Of a DNA stretch of 62,887 bases, positions 57,531 to 62,887 are shown in pieces (the stretch's first letter is position 1; each line of letters opens with the position of its first letter). Below the pieces are notes generated by a model. It made no database searches, was not told the DNA's origin, and saw only the letters and a program-made list of their open reading frames with translations. The stretch is from Blastocatellia bacterium. Lineage in GTDB: Bacteria; Acidobacteriota; Blastocatellia; RBC074. Location: positions 1 through 62,887 of the forward strand of contig DAOMFR010000022.1 in NCBI GenBank assembly GCA_035429885.1, read 5' to 3'. A program made the translations under genes and the position numbers.

Positions 57531-59144
57531 CTAATCAGCCTTTGGCCCGGCAGATTTCACTTCATCAGAAACTCCGGCGGCGAACTGCTCAAAGTTTTCA
57601 CGGAAGAGCTTGGCCAGATACCGAGCCTTTTCGTCGTATGCTTTCGGGTTCTTCCAGGTGTTACGCGGTTTCAAGACTTCGCTGGGAACGTCTGGGCAAG
57701 CAATCGGCACGTGAACGCCAAAGATCGGATCAGGTTCCGTTGCCACGTTGGCAAGATGACCCGAAAGCGCTGCGCGCACCATCGCCCGTGTGTGAGCAAT
57801 TTTCATTCGTTGCCCTTCGCCGTAAGGGCCGCCGCTCCAACCTGTGTTGACCAACCAGCAAGTGGCGTTGTGTTTGGCAATCCGTTTGCGCAGCAATTCG
57901 GCATACACGCCCGGATGGTGAACCATAAACGGCGCTCCGAAACAGGCGGAAAAAGTTGCTTGCGGTTCTTTGCCCAAGCCTTTTTCCGTGCCTGCGACCT
58001 TGGCCGTGTACCCGGAAATGAAATGATACATCGCTTGTTCAGGCGTCAACTTCGCGACGGGCGGCAGAATTCCGTATGCGTCCGCCGTCAACATAATGAT
58101 GTTTTGGGGATGACCGCCGGTTCCGGACGGTTCGAAGTTGGAAATATGTGACAGCGGATACGCCGCACGCGTATTTTCGGTCAAACTGCCATCATTCAAA
58201 TCCAGGCGTCTCGTCACAGGGTCCATCACCACGTTTTCCAACACGGTTCCAAACCGCCGTGTGCAGGCGTAAATGTCCGGCTCGGCTTCGGCGGACAGGT
58301 TGATGACCTTGGCGTAACAGCCGCCTTCGAAGTTGAACACGCCGCGATCTGACCACCCATGTTCATCGTCGCCGATTAATTGCCGTTCGGGATCCGCCGA
58401 CAGCGTGGTTTTACCCGTGCCCGACAAACCAAAGAAGATTGCGGCATCTCCGTCCTGGCCGATGTTGGCCGAACAATGCATCGAAAGCACTCCGCGTAAC
58501 GGCAACAGGTAATTCAACAGCGTGAAGATAGATTTTTTGGTTTCGCCCGCATAGCTGGTTCCGCCGATCAAAATTAACCGCTGAGCAAAATCCATCAGAA
58601 TAAAAGTGCCTGAAGTGGTTCCGTCGGTTTCGGGATTGGCCTGGCAGGTGGGAGCGTTAATGACCGTGAATTCGGGGATGTGGCTGGCGGCTTGAGTATT
58701 CCAATCCGGCCTGACGAACATGTTTCGTGCAAACAAACTGTGCCAGGCGTATTCTGTAACGACGCGAATCGGGATTCGATATTCCGGGTCAGCTCCGGCA
58801 AAACAATCCTGCACGTAAACGTCTTTGCCTTCCAGATGCTTCAGCATTTTGTCGCGCAGATGATTGAAGTGGGCTTGCTCAAACGGGCGATTGACCTTTC
58901 CCCACCAGACATTTTTTTCCGACGAAGCTTCGCGAACAATGAATTTGTCGTTCGGTGATCGCCCGGTGTGTTGTCCTGTGTTGACCACCAGCGGGCCAAG
59001 ATGCGCGACCGTCGCTTCGTTGCGTCTGACCGAATGTTCGTACAGCTCCGCAGTCGTCAGATTCCAGAACGCTTGATTGATATTTTTCAGGCCATGATTG
59101 TCCAACCCAAAAGAGCTTGGGTTCCAGCCAATGTTCTTGCTCAT
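57531..59144 (-). CDS. pckA: Phosphoenolpyruvate carboxykinase (ATP)
   Basis: The kinase-1a motif FFGLSGTGKTTLS is present and the protein shows full-length collinearity. The ATG at 59144 is preceded by AAGGAG. Confidence 0.95.
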   Translation of the reverse strand: MSKNIGWNPSSFGLDNHGLKNINQAFWNLTTAELYEHSVRRNEATVAHLGPLVVNTGQHTGRSPNDKFIVREASSEKNVWWGKVNRPFEQAHFNHLRDKMLKHLEGKDVYVQDCFAGADPEYRIPIRVVTEYAWHSLFARNMFVRPDWNTQAASHIPEFTVINAPTCQANPETDGTTSGTFILMDFAQRLILIGGTSYAGETKKSIFTLLNYLLPLRGVLSMHCSANIGQDGDAAIFFGLSGTGKTTLSADPERQLIGDDEHGWSDRGVFNFEGGCYAKVINLSAEAEPDIYACTRRFGTVLENVVMDPVTRRLDLNDGSLTENTRAAYPLSHISNFEPSGTGGHPQNIIMLTADAYGILPPVAKLTPEQAMYHFISGYTAKVAGTEKGLGKEPQATFSACFGAPFMVHHPGVYAELLRKRIAKHNATCWLVNTGWSGGPYGEGQRMKIAHTRAMVRAALSGHLANVATEPDPIFGVHVPIACPDVPSEVLKPRNTWKNPKAYDEKARYLAKLFRENFEQFAAGVSDEVKSAGPKAD

Positions 59145-59164
59145 AAATCTCCTTAATGGTGCTT

Positions 59165-59191
59165 GGTCAAACAAAATGAAAATGTTTGACC
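59165..59191. promoter_or_regulatory. 9-bp perfect inverted repeat in the pckA leader
   Basis: GGTCAAACA (59165-59173) and TGTTTGACC (59183-59191) lie 21-47 nt upstream of the pckA ATG. Confidence 0.3.
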
Positions 59192-59328
59192 CATAAATGG
59201 ACGAAAGCGCGGACGAAGCCGCGCTGTCTTTTTCATTTCAATTTTTTATAGCGCGATAACGATAGCCAAAAAGGAGGGGCTTGTCGAGAAAAAGCTCGTG
59301 AGTCGTAACCCAATGTCCAAAGTATAAA

Positions 59329-59356
59329 GGTGACAGAGCCAGAAAGCCCTGCCACC
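59329..59356 (-). terminator. Probable terminator after the LamG gene
   Basis: An 11-bp stem that is complete only on the minus strand, where two G-U pairs close it. It is flanked by an A-run and a T-run. Confidence 0.4.
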
Positions 59357-59400
59357 TTTTTTAGTCTGCTGTTCGCAGGGCAAGCGAAACAGCCCGGAGT

Positions 59401-60975
59401 TTATTTGCATTTACCACGACGGCCGGCGTGAAAGATGCTTTCAATTTCAGCCGAGCTCAACATGCGACTGTACAAGCTCAGCTCATCTAGGCTGCCAATG
59501 AAATAGCCCGTATTGCTGATTGAATGACGGCCAATGTAAAGCGGGCTGTTGTTGGCCAGGGAACCATTGCGTCCCTTGGAGCTATGCACCTGACCGGAAG
59601 GTTTGCCGTCCAAATACCATCTGATTCCATACTTGTCATTGCGTCTAACTGTGACGGCCAAATGATGCCAGCGGTCATCTGCTAGACACAACCCGGAAGA
59701 GTAATTGCTGTATTCCGATCCGATCCCATCCGCCAGTTGTAACACTGGCGAGCCATTGGCCAGCGCAATGTGATATCCACGATACGGCCCGCTTTCGCGT
59801 TTATCCACCAGCGACATCAAACTATACGGCCAAAGCGGCACTGTTTGTGACGGAACCAGACCGTGCCTGACCACCGCCCCGCTGTCGCCAGCACCGGTTG
59901 TCAGAAAGACTGGATAGTCGTTCGAAGGTGGCGGAACCGGAGTTTTCACCCAGAATTCGATTGAAAAATCTCCTGTGCCGAAATCCAATTTGTTTTGATC
60001 CGGAACGACGATGTGATCGTCCTGCCCGTCAAATTGAATTGCATTGCCGACCCAGCCAGGAACAACCGAAGAAGGAGGGCTGTTCAAAGGCATCTTTTGC
60101 CCCAAAGCTCCTCCCGTATAATCCACCAGCATTGGGGAACCTGTCTGGTCAAAAGCAAACCACGCCGCCATTTGTCCCTGTGAAATAGCGCATTGATCAA
60201 CCGCCTTGATCTGAAGTTCGGATGCTGTCAGCGCGCGATTGTAAATCTTCAACTCGTCAATTGAGCCGTCAAAATTTCCAAAATGGAATCCGTTTCCGAT
60301 CCACACGTCCTTCACGGCATCAATATTCCCGGTGTAGTTGCTGTTTGAGGTAGCGACAAATTCCTGGCCATTAACATAAAACCGAACCGGTTCGTTCTGA
60401 TTACGGTTGACCGTTACAGCGATATGAGTCCATTCGCCGGCTTTCACTTGGTGATTGAAATCGAACACGGTGCAAACCAGAAATCCGCAGTAACCCTGTC
60501 CCCAGAAAAACGCCAGTTGCCCACCATAAAGCCCCAGCTCAAATCCGGTTGGCGCGTTCGATCCGCCTGCCAGGTTGGTGATGATTGTTCCGTTGTTGTA
60601 ATTCGGATACACCCAGGCTTCAATCGTGAAATCGCCGGATAGGTCGAGTTTCGGGTCGGGTGTTTCGACATAAGAATTTCCATCGAGATGCAATGCGTTG
60701 CCAAATTTCCCAGGAGTAAAAGCAGCGTCGTTTTTCAATGTGCCGTGGTCCACGCCGTTCTGGTTATGAGCGGTTGCGCCGCCGGATTCATCAAAATCGT
60801 AATGGAAAATCACGTCGGAAGCGGTTGGCGTGCAAGATTGCGCACCCGCGCCTTGGCTCTCCGGTTGGAAGGTCAAAAAACCCAACGCGGCAACAACGAC
60901 CAATCCAATGAAAATCCACCGATGCTGCAACTTGGCTGATTTGCGGCTGATTAAATTGAAGATTCTTGATTTCAT
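59401..60975 (-). CDS. Secreted protein with two LamG (concanavalin-A-like lectin) domains
   Basis: Signal anchor. Each half carries the hallmark strings GNALHLDG ... FTIEAWV ... WTHIAVT ... IDELKIYNRALTASE, and GNAIQFDG ... FSIEFWV ... WHHLAVT ... LDELSLYSRMLSSAE. Confidence 0.8.
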   Translation of the reverse strand: MKSRIFNLISRKSAKLQHRWIFIGLVVVAALGFLTFQPESQGAGAQSCTPTASDVIFHYDFDESGGATAHNQNGVDHGTLKNDAAFTPGKFGNALHLDGNSYVETPDPKLDLSGDFTIEAWVYPNYNNGTIITNLAGGSNAPTGFELGLYGGQLAFFWGQGYCGFLVCTVFDFNHQVKAGEWTHIAVTVNRNQNEPVRFYVNGQEFVATSNSNYTGNIDAVKDVWIGNGFHFGNFDGSIDELKIYNRALTASELQIKAVDQCAISQGQMAAWFAFDQTGSPMLVDYTGGALGQKMPLNSPPSSVVPGWVGNAIQFDGQDDHIVVPDQNKLDFGTGDFSIEFWVKTPVPPPSNDYPVFLTTGAGDSGAVVRHGLVPSQTVPLWPYSLMSLVDKRESGPYRGYHIALANGSPVLQLADGIGSEYSNYSSGLCLADDRWHHLAVTVRRNDKYGIRWYLDGKPSGQVHSSKGRNGSLANNSPLYIGRHSISNTGYFIGSLDELSLYSRMLSSAEIESIFHAGRRGKCK

Positions 60976-61140
60976 CGCTTTCGTCCTTTTCCGTCTGATT
61001 TATTCCTTCAAGGTCATCGTCGTTATGACGACTGACCTCTACTTTCACTCAGCTAAGCGAGGAAATAGGCGCTGAGGTATCAACACCTCAAACTTTCTTG
61101 AAATTGATGGCAGTTGTCGCCAATGGCAACAAGGAAGGTT

Positions 61141-62121
61141 TCAGTTCCGCAGGTCGAGCGCGATTGTCGAATCGGCTGAAGAGGGAGAAATGGTCCAGGC
61201 AGTTTGCATCTCTGGCGCGACGCTCAACCACTTTGTTTGCCAGATAAAAATCATGGAAGCGATGACGATAACAGTCGCCGTTGCACCGCCTTCGGGGCCA
61301 TAACTTCCACCTGTCAACCACAGCGGGGCTTCGGTGGTGGAAGTCAGAATCGGATGCTGAGGGATGAACAATCCGCTGACGGGCAAACCAAATACCGCGC
61401 CCATCGCAAAATTCCAACCGACGTGCAAAGCTGTCGGGAACCATAAACTGCGGGTTTTCAGATAAGCCGCCGCCAGCCAAATGCCCGCCAGAATGGTATT
61501 CACAGTTGAAAACAGCGTGCGGCTGGGATTGTTCCAATGCCCTCCCGCAAAAAGCACCGACAACATCAGAATTGGCAGAACCGGCGAAATATCACGCAGC
61601 AAGGTTTGAAATGCATAGCCCCGATAGACCAGTTCTTCAAAGGCTGCGGCCAGAATCAACAGCGTCAGCGCCATCACGACATCTTTGGTAACAACGCTCA
61701 GCGCGGCCCAATTCACGCCCTCGGCTGTACGCCAAAACACGTTCATCCGAACGCGCGTTCCTCCGCCAATGATTTGAATCGCGACAATAGCGACAATCAT
61801 CGCAACGCTGATTGCCAGACCGAACAACACTTCGCGCCGCCAGTTTGAGTGCAGCGAAAACCCAAGCGCGCCAAGTTTCAGCCGATCCAGAAATCCCAAA
61901 CAGCCCCACGAGACCAATACCACCCAGCCGACCAAAATGGCATAAACCAGAATCATCCCCAGGGTGACTTCAAAAACGGAGCCGTTTTCACGCGCAGGCG
62001 ATTTGAACATCAGCGACATCAACCATTGCGGCAACGTCAGGACGAATAAAAACGCCATTGCGCGCCAACCGGAGCGCAATAATCGGGTTCGTGGATTGAT
62101 AAAAAAGTCTGTGGTGTTCAT
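61141..62121 (-). CDS. CPBP family intramembrane metalloprotease (CAAX protease-like)
   Basis: AAAFEELVYRGYAF (EExxxR), FAGGHWNN and HVGWNF motifs, with multiple TM segments. The preferred ATG is at 62121. Confidence 0.85.
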   Translation of the reverse strand: MNTTDFFINPRTRLLRSGWRAMAFLFVLTLPQWLMSLMFKSPARENGSVFEVTLGMILVYAILVGWVVLVSWGCLGFLDRLKLGALGFSLHSNWRREVLFGLAISVAMIVAIVAIQIIGGGTRVRMNVFWRTAEGVNWAALSVVTKDVVMALTLLILAAAFEELVYRGYAFQTLLRDISPVLPILMLSVLFAGGHWNNPSRTLFSTVNTILAGIWLAAAYLKTRSLWFPTALHVGWNFAMGAVFGLPVSGLFIPQHPILTSTTEAPLWLTGGSYGPEGGATATVIVIASMIFIWQTKWLSVAPEMQTAWTISPSSADSTIALDLRN

Positions 62122-62234
62122 AAGCAACGCTGCAATTCAGTGGATTGGATGATAAGCCGCGTCGCGCAAACGTCGCAAACCAGCCTTGAGTGATTTAGAA
62201 TCCGCCCGTATCAACAGACACTTTCCAAACCTGT

Positions 62235-62887
62235 ATGAACCCACAAGAAAGCCAATCTGAGATCATCCGAAAGCGAAATCGCCGCCGATGGCGAATCGCC
62301 GTGCTGGCTGTGTTGACGTTGTTGATGTTCGGATTGTTGTTTGTGCAATCGGCATTCGACACGCTGAAGTGGCTCAGACCAACTTCGGCTAGCGAAACGC
62401 TAATCCTGTACGCGCTTTCAACCATCAACCTGCTGGCGTTCATCGTGCTGTTGATGGTGCTGGTTCGCAACATCATCAAATTGCGGCGCGAACAGGTTCG
62501 AGCAAAACTCGGCGCGAAGTTCAAAACGCGGCTGATCAAATTTTCAATTGCGCTTTCTCTGTTGCCGGTCATCTTCCTGTTTTTTGCCACCAGCGGTTTG
62601 ATCAATCGCAGCGTAGACAAATGGTTCAGCGAACCCGCACGCGAAATGGTCGTCAACGCACGGCAGATTCAGCGCGTTTATGTCGAAGGCGAACTGGATG
62701 GTTTGCAGCAATCGGCCCTGACCATCACACGGCTGGTTGCCCGAACTGATCAGGAAAACCTGTCGCAAACTTTGTTGATCGAACTTGGAACATACAGACT
62801 TTCGCTGATCCAGGTGTTTGATGCGAACGATGCGCTATTGGCGGAACAAGGCGGGTTTAACCTGGAATCGCTCGGCGAACAGTTTGT
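62235..62887 (+). CDS. 5' part of a membrane sensor protein (NtrY-like sensor kinase N-terminus), truncated by the window edge
   Basis: Hand translation from the ATG at 62235 stays open to the end of the window. It has two TM segments (WRIAVLAVLTLLMFGLLFV, LIKFSIALSLLPVIFLFFA) around a loop. It is absent from the track because there is no stop codon. Confidence 0.5.
   Translation, partial: MNPQESQSEIIRKRNRRRWRIAVLAVLTLLMFGLLFVQSAFDTLKWLRPTSASETLILYALSTINLLAFIVLLMVLVRNIIKLRREQVRAKLGAKFKTRLIKFSIALSLLPVIFLFFATSGLINRSVDKWFSEPAREMVVNARQIQRVYVEGELDGLQQSALTITRLVARTDQENLSQTLLIELGTYRLSLIQVFDANDALLAEQGGFNLESLGEQF

Noticed and set aside
62195-62656. 153-aa minus-strand ORF.
   Set aside because: It overlaps an open plus-strand frame from 62235 to the window end that encodes two clean TM helices and NtrY-like N-terminal features. 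The minus-strand frame has no SD or motifs.
1-62887. Search for mobile elements, tRNA/rRNA genes, RNase P, tmRNA or SRP RNA signatures and CRISPR arrays.
   Set aside because: By eye I found no transposase, integrase, terminal inverted repeat pair, tRNA-like GTTCGAATC arm, GAGGAAAGTCC (RNase P) string or repeat-spacer array. A covariance-model scan would be needed for certainty.

Overview
This 62.9-kb window looks like a chromosomal segment from an Acidobacteriota-like bacterium. That placement is an inference from three things: a CarboxypepD_reg-type TonB-dependent receptor, a TIGR03436-like VWA protein, and many Tat/Sec-exported hypothetical proteins. I support about 50 complete protein-coding genes, one 5'-partial gene running off the 3' edge, one 51-aa gene missing from the ORF track, and about a dozen stem-loops. 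By eye I found no rRNA, tRNA, CRISPR array, transposase, integrase or phage gene. Recognisable housekeeping genes are thyA, folA, ruvX, mltG, folD, coaE, pckA and an NAD-type isocitrate dehydrogenase. Most remaining long ORF-track entries are antisense or shadow ORFs of these genes. Several track starts are over-extended through TTG/GTG codons, so I give preferred ATG/SD-supported starts. The candidates most worth follow-up are these. (1) A tightly packed seven-gene sugar-salvage-like operon (11264-19225). It holds two phosphohexomutase paralogs, one of which has lost the catalytic phosphoserine (TAGHNP), and they flank an AT-rich HEAT-repeat gene. (2) A membrane-anchored NB-ARC/TPR STAND NTPase (50382-53267). 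(3) A block of exported proteins of unknown function (25983-29926) that includes a tandem paralog pair. It is followed by an orphan STAS protein, a divergent MreB-like ATPase with degenerate nucleotide motifs, and a stand-alone HNH nuclease. (4) An ORF-poor 560-bp region divergent from a LysR gene that ends in a minus-strand terminator. None of these can be called a defined novel system from sequence reading alone. Each finding lists the decisive computation or experiment.
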